Positions 10,620 to 24,105 of a DNA stretch of 64,000 nt are shown one piece after another. Positions within the stretch are counted from its first letter, which is position 1, and every line of letters starts with the position of its first letter. Under the pieces are notes generated by a model. It searched no databases. It was not told where the DNA came from and was given only the letters and a program-made list of their open reading frames with translations. The stretch is taken from the NCBI GenBank assembly GCA_022813965.1, contig JALDZS010000031.1, positions 62,001-126,000 of the forward strand, read 5' to 3'. Both the position numbers and the translations under genes were made by a program. This DNA comes from Toensbergia leucococca (Eukaryota).

Positions 10620-12767
10620 TAACTTAAGCGTTACTGTCTTATATATCAAATAATGCGGTATTCAATTTTCTGTGCTTGAAATAGCAGATTATAATACTTG
10701 AATTTGAGACTCGTTAGTGCTCGGACTGAAGGCCGAGACAGTCTTTCCTTAGCATATGGTGTATTTGATAATCTAGGATGTTGGAACAATGTGTATGATC
10801 AAACGGTCGATGGGAAGGTTCTACGTAGTCCACAACGAAGCAGGTGAGGTGATACATAATTGCCTAGAGACAGCATCGGCATTTTCCGGAAAAGCTTCTT
10901 GTGTCGTGTATAGATAAAATTGTAGCAAATCAGAAGGTACAGGTGTCTACATTTTATGTCCGAGACAATCAAGAGGGAGACAAGCATGATTCAACGCAGC
11001 GACCAATCAATTTCACCAGAAACGCGCAGAGTGGCATTCCAAATGCTGTGGAATGTTACGCAAGATTAAAACCATCAGTGCGCGATCTGCATATATATTG
11101 AGTGGTGGGTGGTACAATTGTTGCAAATCGGAGGCTCACTTCAGCATGTAGGTTTCCAGTACAAGCCATGCCGCCGTCGCACTGAGAGTCAGCGCGAGTG
11201 GATTCAGGGTTGGGTACGAAGTAAAGATCACTAGACTGCTGAATAATGTCTTCTCTCTAGTATTCCGCACAGCAGGTCCCGATTTCAAGGTAGCTGTCTC
11301 TCCTAGTTGTCACCTGGCTTACTTTTTCTCCTTCCCATACCAGCCCCGCTTCTGATGGGTCTGGCAAAAGCTTGAATCTCAATTGGAAGCGGAGGAAGGC
11401 TTTTCTTATCTGCAGCACTCAAGCCTGTTTCTGCACCTCCTGTCATGTTACATAGTCAGTGGTTGTGGTGTTTCCTCTGCATGAGTGCTGCATTATCTTG
11501 TTGCATATTCGATGAATGACTCGCTCGTCTCTACTCGTATGCAAAATACTCTACTCCAGATCCGGGGATGACATCATCACTACGGGATCCGTGGCAGGCT
11601 GGCAGGTCAACCAAGGCTCTTTCGGTGATTTGGTCTCAGTCCTTGGCGGTAGGGAAGGTCGTTCGTCCAAGTCTCATCTAATCCTTAATGCCATGTTGTG
11701 CCTAAGAATAACCATGGTTCTCACCTCTCGTATCCCAGCTCGCCCGCCGCCTCATTGGTCAACAAGCGATGTGCCGCAGTGCGTCTTTTGAATTTTGACG
11801 GGGCTCGGATCAGGGGGAGGGGTCTACTCTAGGCTGACTGCAGAGTTACAGTATTCTATGCCAGCCCTACGAAAGATGAACCCACTCTGCCACTCACACC
11901 AAGTGTACATCGGCGCATGACTAAGCTTGCATGCAAGCCATGCAACAGCAGACTGGGTAAATTGCCATTCATGGGGCCCCTCAATGCTCTCGTGCGTCAA
12001 TCCGTGCATGAGAGACTGAGTCAAACGGCATTTTCCATCCTCCTTCCCGTTCTGCCGCTGGAAAAGGAGGCCCGCCTAAACTTCCAAAGCTCCGAGGGTC
12101 TTACTGTGTACTCTCGGTACTGTACTATCAAAAGGAGCAGGGTTATTCTAGACATTCGCGCTCTGCCTACTCCGTATCCTAGATCAGCACTTCAATGCCA
12201 CACCGCCCTTTTCCTTCGTACTTCGGATGATTATTCTATGCTGACTGCATAAGTATGGTAAGTATTCTAGCGATAGTGCCGTTGCCACAAGAACGTGACT
12301 ACATAAGAGTCAATCGGATTAGTCTTGCTACTCGTACGAGTACCTTACTCGTATCGTTACAGAAGAGCGCTCGGCCTTATCCGGTAAATGCAGTGGCGTG
12401 CCGTGACCTCCCTGCCCTCTCTTTACTGGTCAAAAGGGGCGCCGAGGAGCTTACTTTGCGTCTGGCGTGGCATTAGTTACGCGCTGGTCGAGCTAACCCA
12501 CACTTCAATCTGTCAGCCGGATCACGGTTTTGTAGTCTCTGCACATTGAAACATTCGATAGCTAGGATCTCTCCATACATTCTGTTCCAACTCACATTCG
12601 TTACGCATACAGGGTAATTTCACTCGTTTGAGATCTCTTACTACATTGGTGATACGCGTGGGGTTTGATAGGCTTGCTATCTTGCGCCTCCTTTCATTAT
12701 CCCCTTGGACCTTGGATACCAGCAAGGCCTGCGCAACGGTAGAGATTTCTGACTTCCACCATCCACG

Positions 12768-15700
12768 ATGCGGGGCATCGGGGCAGCCCTCCTCGTGGCT
12801 CTCGGAGTATCAGTCAACGCTCTTCGATACGACCCCGCCCAGGTTGGCTTCAACTTGAACGAGAATCAGACTGCCGTAGAGCCTGTCGACTATTGGGGGG
12901 AATGGGACAACCATACATACAACCCTTCTCCATCAAATTGGCGCTTTCCTTTTTACACACTTTTCCTCGACCGGTTCGTGAACGGCGATCCATCTAATGA
13001 CGACGCCAATGGCACTTATTTTGAACATGACCTTATGGGAACTCAACTGCGACACGGAGGCGATGTACAGGGCTTCGTGGATAGCTTGGATTACATACAG
13101 GGAATTGGGGTAAAGGGCATATACTTGGCTGGTTCCGCCTTTATCAATTTGCCATGGGAATCCGATGGCTACTCTCCTATCGACTTTACCTTGCTCGACC
13201 ACCATTTTGGCAACATTGATGATTGGAGAAATGCAATTACCGAAGTCCATAATCGCGGCATGTATGTGGTAATGGATAACACAATGGCGACTATGAGCGA
13301 CCTGATAGGTTTTCAAGGCTATCTAAACACCAGTACACCTTTCACCACTCAGGAACATCAAGTTGAGTGGAAAAATGATAGGCATTACCTCGACTTTAAC
13401 TTTGGCAATACCTATAATGAGAGTTGCGCATACCCTAGGTTCTACAACGAGACGGGATTTCCTGTGGGAGAAGATGTAACCAGCCAACTCAAAGGATGTT
13501 ACAATTCGGAATTCGATCAATATGGTGACGTCGAAGCTTTCGGAGTCTTTCCTGACTGGCAGCGTGAACTCGCCAAGTTTGCTTCGGTTCAAGATCGTCT
13601 TCGCGAATGGGTTCCATCCGTCAGGGAGAAAATCCAGCGTCATTCTTGTATTATGATTGCCCAATTTGATATCGACGGTTTCCGCTTTGATAAAGCTACA
13701 CAGGTAACAGTCGATGCGCAAGGAGCTTTTGGTAATTACATCAGGCAATGCGCTCTGGACCACGGAAAGGATAACTTTTTCATGCCTGGTGAGATCACTG
13801 GTGGTAATACTTTTGGGTCGATTTATCTAGGTCGAGGAAGACAGCCAGATATGCTACCGGAAACGTTGATTGATGCAGTCCAGATGAACAACGAAACCAA
13901 CAGCACCTTCTTCATCCGAGACCCGGGACAGAATGCGCTCGATGCTGCTGCTTTCCATTACACCGTCTACCGCTCACTGACAAGGTTCCTCGGTATGGAC
14001 GGCAACCTTGCCTCAGGATACGATGCTCCCCTTAATTGGGTCGATGCATGGAATACGATGCTCCTTTCAAACGATCTGGTCAATCCAAATCCCGGTGGTC
14101 CTAATGGCTTTGACCCTAGACATATGTACGGAGTTACGAATCAGGATGTTTTTCGTTGGCCAGCAATCAAAAACGGTACTCAAAAACAACTTCTTGGCTT
14201 GTTCATCACAACACTACACATGCCAGGTATTCCACTTCTTCTCTGGGGCGAAGAACAAGCCTTTTACATTCTTGATAACACGGCAGCCAATTATATATTT
14301 GGCCGCCAGGCAATGTCAGCTGCTACGGCCTGGCAGACTCATGGATGTTATAACTTGTCCTCGGAGCAATACTATGATTTCCCTCTAGATTCAGCTGCGC
14401 ATGGTTGTCACGATGACGCCGTAAGCCTGGACCATAGAGATCCTGCGAGCCCTGTGCGGAACATTATAAAAAGCATGTACCAGATGCGGGAGAACTACCC
14501 TGTTCTCAACGATGGATGGTTCCTCCAGCAATTGTCCAACCAGACAATCAACGAGTACTATCCCGGTAGTAAAGACACCCCAACCGAGACTGGCATGTGG
14601 AGTACTCTTCGAAGTCGATTTGAGGGTGTTCAAGACTTCTCCGGTCAAGGGCAAGGGAATCAATCGGTTTGGCTGGTCTATCAGAATGGCAACGAGTCCG
14701 TCAACTATCAATTCGACTGCTCCAACAACGATACGGCATTGAACATCACAGCGTTGATCGCCCCTTTCGATGCGGGAACGACTGTGAAGAATCTTTTCTA
14801 CCCGTATGATGAAGTAACTCTGAAGGCATCTCCGAGGAAGCTTGGGATAGATGGCTCAACCGGCTTCAATGGATGTCTGGACAATCTTACCTTGAGTGCA
14901 TGGGAGTTCAAAGCATATGTTCCACAAGGCAAGTTTGTAGCACCGACACCCATGATAACCAAATTTGTTCCTGGACATGACGCTCGTCTGGCCTCTAAGG
15001 TAGCTCCAGGCAAACAGGAAAACGTTGCGATTGAATTACACTTCTCTGTGGAGATGGACTGTAACACGATTACCAACACACTGAAGATCAATTCGAGCAC
15101 GGAAGATCTGATTGTCGCCGCTGTCGATTCGAGCAGTGTAAAATGCCAGAACGTCACGAACGTGGAGACGCCGCAACTTGTAGGAGAAATTCCCGACGGT
15201 TGGAGCTGGACTGCGAATTTGGTCAACGTTTCCAATGGAGTGCATCAGATAACGGTTAGCAATGTCACTTCGGCCGATTTCCAGAGCTATACGGGGGTAT
15301 GTCACTCATAGACGTTGTCCTAATATTCCCATCATTATTACTGACGTTGTGCGATAGGCTGTAGATCACTTCATGTTCCGAATCGGCCAGCCAGATAATC
15401 CTGTAATCTTTCCCAGGACTGCAAATTACACCCGAGCTCTCTTACACAAGGACAACAACGGAACCCTCTGGGTTTCACAGAAGGCGGCCGGTGCCGATCT
15501 CTTCAGGTATTCCTTAAATTGGGGCACAACGTACTCTCCATGGACAGCCTACAAAGGTGGAAATACGACTTTGGAACAACAAGTTTGGACGGGGACAAAG
15601 GCTCAGGAGTGGTCGAATGAGCACGTGATCATGCAATATTGGAATCGAATCACGGGCAGTAGCGACTACATCCAACACGCTGACTATGACCGGGACACTC

Positions 15701-18700
15701 TACCGCCAAGGCGATTCCCTCATTTATTCTGGCAAGGCCCTTACAATCAATACGGGTTCGATGCTGGTTTGAAGAACGAGTTTGATCTTGACAATAACGA
15801 TGGACTATGGAAGATTCACTTCATGACTGAGTGGCCTGCCGTGGCGCAAGTGAATATATGGGGAATAAATCCAGATGGTCAGCCGGACGAGACAGGTGTT
15901 TTTGGCGATATTGACGGTGACTCTGTCCTTGATCGTCTTCCGCCGTCATCTCTATCATCAGTGGTCATCAACGTGACGCAAGGCCCTGTTTCCCCATATC
16001 TGGCTTGGAGGCTCGACCTGGATGATGGTACATATCTTTTCCGCTTGATTCCGGTCGGGTCACGGTGGCAACAGATGCTACTCTACTTTTTACTCTGGTT
16101 TATCCCTGTGCTAACCGGTGCACTTGGTATTTATATCTTCATGAAATCCTTTTACCAGGTGAAATTCAACGAGGTTGGCATCTCTGACAAGAAAGGAATA
16201 ATCCCCCTTGCCATCCGTCGTAGATTCAAGAAGCACAACATGGAAGAGGCCGGAGAAAGCACCAATCCGCTGATGAAGATTGGGAACAAGTCAGTCGTGA
16301 TGCAATCCAAGACAGCACTGGCTGGCAGCTTAGGTGGACGACGTCGAACTGTCTTGATTGCGACTATGGAATACGACATTGAGGACTGGGCCATCAAGAT
16401 CAAAATTGGAGGACTCGGTGTCATGGCCCAGCTAATGGGAAAGAATCTTGGTCATCAAGACTTGATCTGGGTAGTGCCTTGCGTGGGAGGCATTGATTAC
16501 CCTATAGATCAACAGGCGGAGCCCATGTCAGTAGACATCTTGAACAACCCATATGAAGTGAAGGTTCAGTATCATACTCTAAGAAATATCACATACGTGC
16601 TTCTTGATGCTCCGGTGTTCAGACAACAGACTAAAACCGAACCTTATCCTCCTAGGATGGACGACCTTGACTCTGCCATCTACTACAGTGCCTGGAATCA
16701 ATGCATAGCCCTGGCGATCAAGAGGTTTCCCATTGATTTATATCATATCAATGACTATCACGGCTCTGTGGCACCGATACATCTCTTACCTGAGACCATC
16801 CCTTGCTGCTTGTCTCTGCACAATGCTGAGTTTCAGGGCTTATGGCCTATGAGAACTCCCAAGGAACGTGATGAAGTTTGTGAGGTATACAATCTGCCAG
16901 TTCCAACCGCTGAAAAGTACGTTCAATTTGGAGAAGTCTTCAATCTCTTGCATGCGGGTGCCTCATACCTCCGCATCCATCAACAAGGATTTGGTGCCGT
17001 CGGCGTGTCCAAAAAGTACGGTAAACGATCCTATGCTCGGTATCCAATCTTTTGGGGCTTGAAAAAGGTAGGGAAGTTGCCCAATCCCGATCCTTCAGAC
17101 ACAGGAGAGTGGGACAAGCAATTACCTAGAGACGAAGATATCCACGTCGACCCCAATTTTGAGTCAGCTAGAGGCGAGCTCAAACGGCAGGCCCAGGAGT
17201 GGGCGGGCTTGACGCAGAACCCCAAAGCCGATCTACTCGTATTTGTGGGACGATGGTCAAATCAGAAGGGTGTGGATTTGATCGCTGATGTCTTTCCTTC
17301 GGTTCTTGAGGAACATCCAGATGTACAGTTGATCTGCATCGGGCCTGTTATTGATCTGTACGGCAAATTTGCAGCGCTTAAGCTTGAAAAAATGATGACT
17401 ATCTACCCGGGTAGAGTGTTTTCAAAACCCGAGTTTACCGCTCTGCCGCCCTACATTTTTAGTGGTGCTGAGTTTGCCTTGATCCCGTCACGAGACGAAC
17501 CATTTGGCTTGGTGGCCGTAGAATTCGGAAGGAAGGGTGCTCTAGGTATCGGAGCAAGAGTGGGTGGCTTGGGGCAAATGCCTGGCTGGTGGTACACTGT
17601 GGAAAGCACGACGACTACTCATCTCCTACATCAGTTCAAGATGGCGATCGAGAGTGCACTAGCATCGAAGCCCGAGACAAGAGCCATGATGCGCGCACGA
17701 TCTGCAAAACAGCGATTCCCGGTCGCGCAATGGGTCGAAGATCTTGAGATCTTGCAATCAACGGCCATCAAGATCCATCAGAAGGAGGCTACTAAGTCGC
17801 ACCATCGGCCATCTTCGCCAGGGGTCTCGGGATACAACAGCCCAAGCGGCGTCAATACCCCAATGATCGCTCACACGCGCCACAACAGCTCGGATCTCGC
17901 GAGGCCTCTCGCCGCCGGATCCAGGAACACAAGCTATGGGAATTTGAACCGCTTAAGTACGTGGTCTCAGTCACGGAGAACCAGCCAATACAGCAGACCT
18001 GGCAGTCCCACTCGGGATCACGAGGCGCCTCCTTTGCCGACAAGCTCCCCGCTACAGCGAACCATGTCTTTGGGAATGAAAGCCGGTCCAGGACATCTCG
18101 CAGAGCAACAGAGAGGCCGGAGGCAAACAAGCAAGAGAGATAGCAAGGACGAAGTGGGCATGGCAGTGACAGAGATTGAAGAAGAGAGCGACGACGACAT
18201 AATCAGGATGTACGATGATGAATATACCATGACAGCTGAACAAGCTGAAGCCATCCAACACCACGACAAATTAATAGAAGCCATAGGCACTCCCCCTCTC
18301 CCAGCACTCAAAGATGACTTCCTTTCCCCTCGCCTTGTCTCCCATGGGAACAATAACTCGGAACCCCTTTCTCGATCCCCCTTTCCGCATGACAACTCCT
18401 CTACCCTCAGTGTCCCGGGAACCCCCAACCTCGGCCCCACAGCCGAAGACGCCCTCCTTCCCCCCCGCTCCCCCTTCATCCCTGGCAACGAAAACCGTTT
18501 CAGTTCCAACTCAATGCTCAGCCTCAACAGCGTCGTCGGCGACAAAAAAGACTTTAAGCTCCAAAAAGTCGATCCCTTTTTCACCGACAGCACCGGCGAA
18601 TACTACAAGGCTTTTGAAGATCGTCTCAAGAACCTCGACGGGAAAACGTCCGAACAAACCCTCTGCATCGAAGACTACCTCGTCAAAAGCGAGAAGAAGT

Positions 18701-20368
18701 GGTTCGATCGCTTCCGCGATGCACGGCTGGGCAGAACCGCCGGCCACCCCCGCCAGCCCTCCCCTGCCCCAGCCATTTTCCGCGCCAAACACCGAGCGCC
18801 CAGTCCTGAAGGCTCTATCTTTAATGAAGACCTAGATGCCGGCAGCGATAGGAGTGGGAAGGAGGGTTCAGGCTCGGACGATCAATTTCTGCTCGGGGCG
18901 GATTACATCCCGCCAACGGGTCTGAAAAAGTGGATGCAAATGCGCATCGGCGACTGGCCGCTCTACTCGTTTTTCCTGGCCTTTGGGCAAATCATCGCGG
19001 CCAATTCATACCAAATCACGCTATTGACTGGCACGGTGGGGCAGACGGCCGAGAAACTCTACGTGGTTGCGTCCATCTATCTCGTCACGTCGATAATGTG
19101 GTGGTTTTGCTTCCGGTCATTCAAATCCATCTACGTGCTCAGCGTCCCGTTTTTCTTCTATGGCCTAGCCGTAAGTCTTTCCCCCTCCTTTCCATATGAC
19201 CATCATCGCAAGCACTAAACCACCATCGTAGTTCTTCTTCATCGGCATGGCGCACTTTATCCCTAGCGTCAGCGGCCGCGGGTGGGTACAAAATATCGCC
19301 ACAGCCATGTACGCCATCGCCTCTAGCAGTGGCTCTATATTTTTCGCCCTAAACTTCGGCGATGAAGGCAAGTTCCCTCCTTTCCAAAAAGAGAACATCA
19401 AAAGCCCCCAAACCCGCTAACACATACACCCTCAAATAGGCGGCGCCCCCGTAAAAGCCTGGGTCTACCGTGCTTGCGTCATCCAAGGCACCCAACAAGC
19501 CTATGTAGTCGCCCTTTGGTACTGGGGCAGCATACTAACCAAATCCACTGCCTCGGGCCTCCCCCTAACAAATCAATTCACTAATACAATCGTAATAACC
19601 TACATCACCCTACCGCTCTCTGTCGCTCTATGGGCCGCGGGTCTAATCACCTACTTCGGCCTCCCCGACTACTATCGCCAAGCTCCCGGCCATGTCCCAT
19701 CATTTTACGCCTCCCTCTTCCGCCGCCGCATCATCCTCTGGTTCTTCGTCACTGTTCTCATCCAAAATTACTTCCTCTCCGCCCCATACGGCCGCAACTG
19801 GGGCTACCTCTGGTCCTCGGCCCATGCCGCCCCCTATCAAATTGTCCTCCTGATCCTCCTCTTCTTCATCGGTGTCTGGGCCGCCTTCCTATGGCTCTTC
19901 GGCATCCTCTCAAAAGATCACTCCTGGATCCTCCCCGTCTTCGCTATCGGCCTCGGCGCCCCGCGCTGGTGTCAGATGCTTTGGGGTACCTCCTCCATCG
20001 GTCAATACGTCCCCTGGGCCGGTGGACCCGTCGCTTCCGCTCTTGTGGGCCGCGCGCTGTGGCTTTGGTTGGGAGTTTTGGATGCGCTGCAGGGTGTGGG
20101 CTTTGGGATGATTTTGCTGCAGACGCTGACAAGGATTCATATTGCGTTTACGCTTATTGCGGCGCAGGTTTTGGGTTCTGTGGCGACTATGTTGGCACGA
20201 GCGACGGCGCCGAATAAGCTAGGGCCTGGGGATGTGTTTCCGGATTTTAGTGCGGGTGTGGTGGCGGGGTTGGAGAAGGGGTGGTTTTGGGTTGCGTTGG
20301 CGTTGCAGGTTGTTGTCTGTGGGGGGTTCTTTTTGTTTTTCAGGAAAGAGCAGTTGAGTAAGCCTTAA
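12768..20368 (+). CDS. AGS1: Alpha-1,3-glucan synthase (4 exons: 12768-15296, 15358-19170, 19232-19367, 19440-20368)
   Basis: Signal peptide, then a GH13 amylase-like domain (DRFVNGDPSND, DGFRFDKA), a single TM segment, a glycogen-synthase-like GT domain (IKIGGLGVMA, HINDYH, PSRDEPFGLV) and a multi-TM C-terminus ending FFRKEQLSKP. Splice sites join the ORF pieces in frame. Confidence 0.97.
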
Positions 20369-20808
20369 ATGGGGCCTGAGGGGATGTGGGGAGAGGGAGG
20401 AGTGGGAGTGGGGTTTCGATGGAAGGGGGGAGGTGGTGTACTATTACGACTTTGAGCTGACATGTCTGGACATCTTTTCGGTGGAAAACGCCTTTTTTTT
20501 TTTTGCTTTTCTATTTTATGTATGCTTCGCAATCTCGACGTCTCTCTCTCTTTGGCTTTTTGCTGGGGCATGGAATCTTTCTGTGTTTTGTTTAGATTAG
20601 GATGGATGGATAATTTGTTCGCCGTCGTTTCGTTTCGACGGACGTTACGCTTCATTTTTTTTTTTTTTTTGTAGCACGGCATCTGGAATCTCACATGGTT
20701 GCTTTTGCTTTCTTCTCCCTTTTTTTTTTGGAGAGAGAGAGAGGGGGGGGGGGGTTTGAAAGGCTCGCTTTTGTTCGCAACGTATGTACGTACATAGTGG
20801 AGCCTCGC

Positions 20809-20838
20809 AGATCAGATCGGATCAGATCAGATCAGATG
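20809..20838. repeat. (GATCA)n pentanucleotide microsatellite
   Basis: agatcagatcggatcagatcagatcagatg read directly from the sequence. Confidence 0.8.
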
Positions 20839-21137
20839 AGGTGATTTAATGAGATCTTAATTTTTTTTTTCTAATTTTGGGGATTCAGGCTGGGGATGTT
20901 GCATCTTTGCGCCGCCTTTTTTGTTTGTTGTTTTGTGCGGAGGTTGTTTGTTTGTTTTGGGGGTTGGCACCTCCGTATTCAATCTTGGTCTTCGTTGCGC
21001 CCCCTACAATTTTCGTTCATGATGATGAGGAGTGATAAACGTGCAAGAAGGGGGGAGGGCGGTTTTGTTTCTTTTTTTTTGTTTCTTTGTTGTCTCGTTT
21101 GTGGGATTGGCTTACTGGAGTCTCTTTTTTTGGGTGT

Positions 21138-21240
21138 GGGGGGGGGGGGGGGGGGGGGGGGGGGGGAGGGCGTNNNNNNNTGAGAGCGAGAGAGAGAAAG
21201 AGAGAGAAAGGGAGGGGGAGAGAGAGAGAGAGAGAGAGAG
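21138..21240. repeat. Poly-G tract, 7-N assembly gap (21174-21180) and (GA)n microsatellite
   Basis: About 29 G, then NNNNNNN, then an imperfect (GA)n run, inside a homopolymer-rich intergenic region. Confidence 0.95.
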
Positions 21241-21740
21241 ATGAGACGAATCCTGCTATTATTCTATCCTTGCGCAAAAAAAAAAATAAATAAAAATAAC
21301 AAGCAATGGAACCATCCAGAACGCCCATATCTTATCTTTCTATGATAAAGATCACAAAAGGCTCAAAACAAACCTCACTGCGACTCATTCATTACCCTTT
21401 ATTAGATTTTTGTCTTTTCTTTTCTTTGGTCTTGAAGAAGAGAGAGAGGGAAGGAATTGACGGAAAGGGTGAGGGGGGGGGAAGGATATATATATATATA
21501 TATATAAAAAAGGTAAGCTTCTAGGAGCTGATCTCTTATTTATTTATCAATCTATCGGTCTTTTAAGTGTATATGTTAGCATTATACCTTTTTCTCCCTT
21601 ACCTTCCTTTACAGCTTCAATGGTGTGGGGTGTTTGTGTGAACTTTGTTGTCTTTGATATATACCGTCTCCTGGTCCCGTTTCCCTGGGAGAGAGGCGTC
21701 GGATTGGGGCACCTATAATGGCGGATACAACGAATATATC

Positions 21741-22320
21741 TCACAACTTCCCCCCCCTCCTCCCCTCAACATTAACCTTCCCATGCTCCCCCGTCGCCAC
21801 AACCCTCCCGGCACCTTCCCCCCCAACCCTCCTCATAACCCCCCTCAGCGCACACAACCTCCCCCCAACGCCCAAAACACTAGCCTCAACCTCCACCCTC
21901 TCCCCCTCCCTCACCGCCTCCAAATACACCACGCTCAGCGTGCGCGACACGCCGCCGTACTCCCAAAAGCCCGGTTTGGCGACGAGGGCGAGGGCGATGG
22001 TGGTGCAGAGGTCGAAGATGAGGGCCGTGGCGCCGCCGTGGAGGGTGTGGAGGCCGTTGCAGAGGGAGGGGGGGATGGTGAGGGTGGTGGTGCAGGTGGG
22101 GTGGGGGTGCAGGGAGGCGTGGGTTAGGTGGGCGTGTTGGCGGAGGAGGGAGGCGTCGTGGCCCTGGGTGAGATTAAGGTTGGTTAGAGGGGAGAGAGGA
22201 GGGGATGGGGGAACGGACTTGGTAGTTTGGGTCGGTGAGTAAGAGGGTGATGAAGGCTTGGGCGCGGTGCAGGCATTCTTCGTCGGAGAGTGAAGGGGTT
22301 GTGGGGGGGGAGGGCGCCAT
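21741..22320 (-). CDS. PaaI/THEM2-type hot-dog-fold acyl-CoA thioesterase (exons 22320-22219, 22163-21741)
   Basis: Motif [17 protein letters not shown]...[11 protein letters not shown]...[12 protein letters not shown] at 22320 joins in frame through a 55-nt GT-AG intron with a CTAAC branch site. Confidence 0.88.
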
Positions 22321-22923
22321 GGCTGTAGGTGCGAAGATGGGTGAATCGGGTGCGAGTTTTGGGAATTCACATTGCTGATGGCATTGGAGGAGTGGGCCGA
22401 GGATTGCATTTGGGGGGATTTGTTGAGTGCCGAGGTAGAACTATGCATAATGTTTTGCGATGCTTGGCATTTGACACATAGCTGTTCCCAGAGCTTAGAC
22501 TCAGAATCTTGTATCCATAAGCTTCTATCGCGACAAAACAAATCACACTTCTCGGAAAGTCATAAAGATACTGTAATTACAAGGTTTATGGGTGAGTGGA
22601 ACGCTGTGGGTGGGTTTGAGATCTTCTACTGTAAAGGCAGGTCGATGAGCTGATAGAGTTAGATTCTGATTACTCGTTGCTGTTGCTCCTTACTCTAGAC
22701 GCTGGTGACTTCTTCGGATTGCAATGCTTATTAGTTTTACATTGCATGGGAATCTCACAATGTTGATCTACATCGGAGTCTTGATAGCACTTCTATAACG
22801 CCCTCAGTAACATCGTATGTGACATCCAGTATATATGATGAACCACTTCCTACCCAGACGCCTAGCTAGCACTTGCATTCCCATTCAACGCCCATTTCCA
22901 CCGGGCCATTGCCCTGCCTTCGT

Positions 22924-23583
22924 TTATGACCCCACAGCTCTCTCCTTACCCTTCTCTTTATCTTCCATCCTCCTTCGCGCCTTCAGAACCATCTCTTCCC
23001 TCCTCCGCTGCAACATGGCCTGCCTCTCACCTTTGTTCTGTAACCAGCCCTCCGTTGCTGATGAAGATGCCTGGTCTGTTGCACCGGAAGGTGTTATTCT
23101 CGAGGCTAGGTTGTATCGTGTGATCAGATCCGGATGTATGGGTCTCTGGGGCGCTGATGAGGGGGCTGGTGGAGAAGAGTAGGGAGGTGATTGTGGCTGG
23201 AAGGAGGGTGGAGGCTGAGGTAAAAGTCAGCTTATCACCATGTGAATGAATACTCTGTCAAGCCAAAATAGGAAGTATTCATAAAATTTCCCGGATATCA
23301 GGTGAACTTTCGGACCCGGATAAAGACATACCGTCTCCAATCGGCCCCCACTCAGTATGCGTTCAGTCGTGGCAGCCACGCTGCCCCCGTTGCGCTGTAG
23401 GTCCCATTGTATGTCACGTCGAGGGATTTGAGGGAACATTTGTGCGATTTGGTCGATATGACGGGGATCGGCACGATTGGAGCGCGGGGTTGAGGGTTTG
23501 GAATAGTAGAAATAGCGGATGGCGAGGGAGATTAAGAGGAGGACGAGGAGGAGTTGAGGAATGTTGAGCGTTGCTTCGGCCAT
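22924..23583 (-). CDS. CUE-domain ER membrane protein (Cue1/Cue4-like; exons 23583-23332, 23214-22924)
   Basis: N-terminal TM anchor and CUE motif QIAQMFPQIPRRDIQWDLQRNGGSVAATTERIL. Exon 2 has DLITRYNL and a C-terminal RQAMLQRRREEMVLKARRRME segment resembling the E2-binding region. Confidence 0.88.
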
Positions 23584-24105
23584 GAGGTAGAGGTTATCTC
23601 AGAAAAGTTAAAGGGAAAACGGAAGAGTGTCTAATGCGATGCGATCCGTATGAGTGTCACCAATCAATGTGTATCTCGTATGAAAGTTGAGATGATGGTA
23701 GAGATATTGCGTTTATGCAGTTCATCGATATCCGTTTTCTAGTGACGGATGAATTGAATTGAATGACACAGTTTACGCCAAGCATCATTTGCCTCATCGG
23801 GAGGAGATCTCCCGTCTAGGTAGATGCACGTGCCTCATATACATAATTCAGCAGCAGATTGTATTTTGTTGACTTATGTTGTGACTTGCGGACGAAGGTA
23901 CAAGCGCAAAAACTATGTCACTGTCCATTCAACCATTGTGTCTCATATATGAGTTTCCGCAGTGAGCGAAAATCCCCCTGTCATTTCAAACGCCTGCAAG
24001 ACCGATATCAACCCCGATCACAACCGATGACAGCAGCCACCCGGACTCCGATGCCCCATAAGCTATCCCAAAACACCATGGTGCACATACAGAGCTTCCA
24101 CTTGA

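Noticed and set aside
12117..12257. Possible stwintron or 4-nt microexon in the AGS1 leader
   Set aside because: It needs a weak donor plus an AAG acceptor, and no coding frame is available to test it.
20365..21750. ORFs in the homopolymer-rich region around the gap
   Set aside because: They are translations of poly-A/T/G and (GA)n tracts. The poly-G beside the N gap may be a sequencing or assembly artefact.
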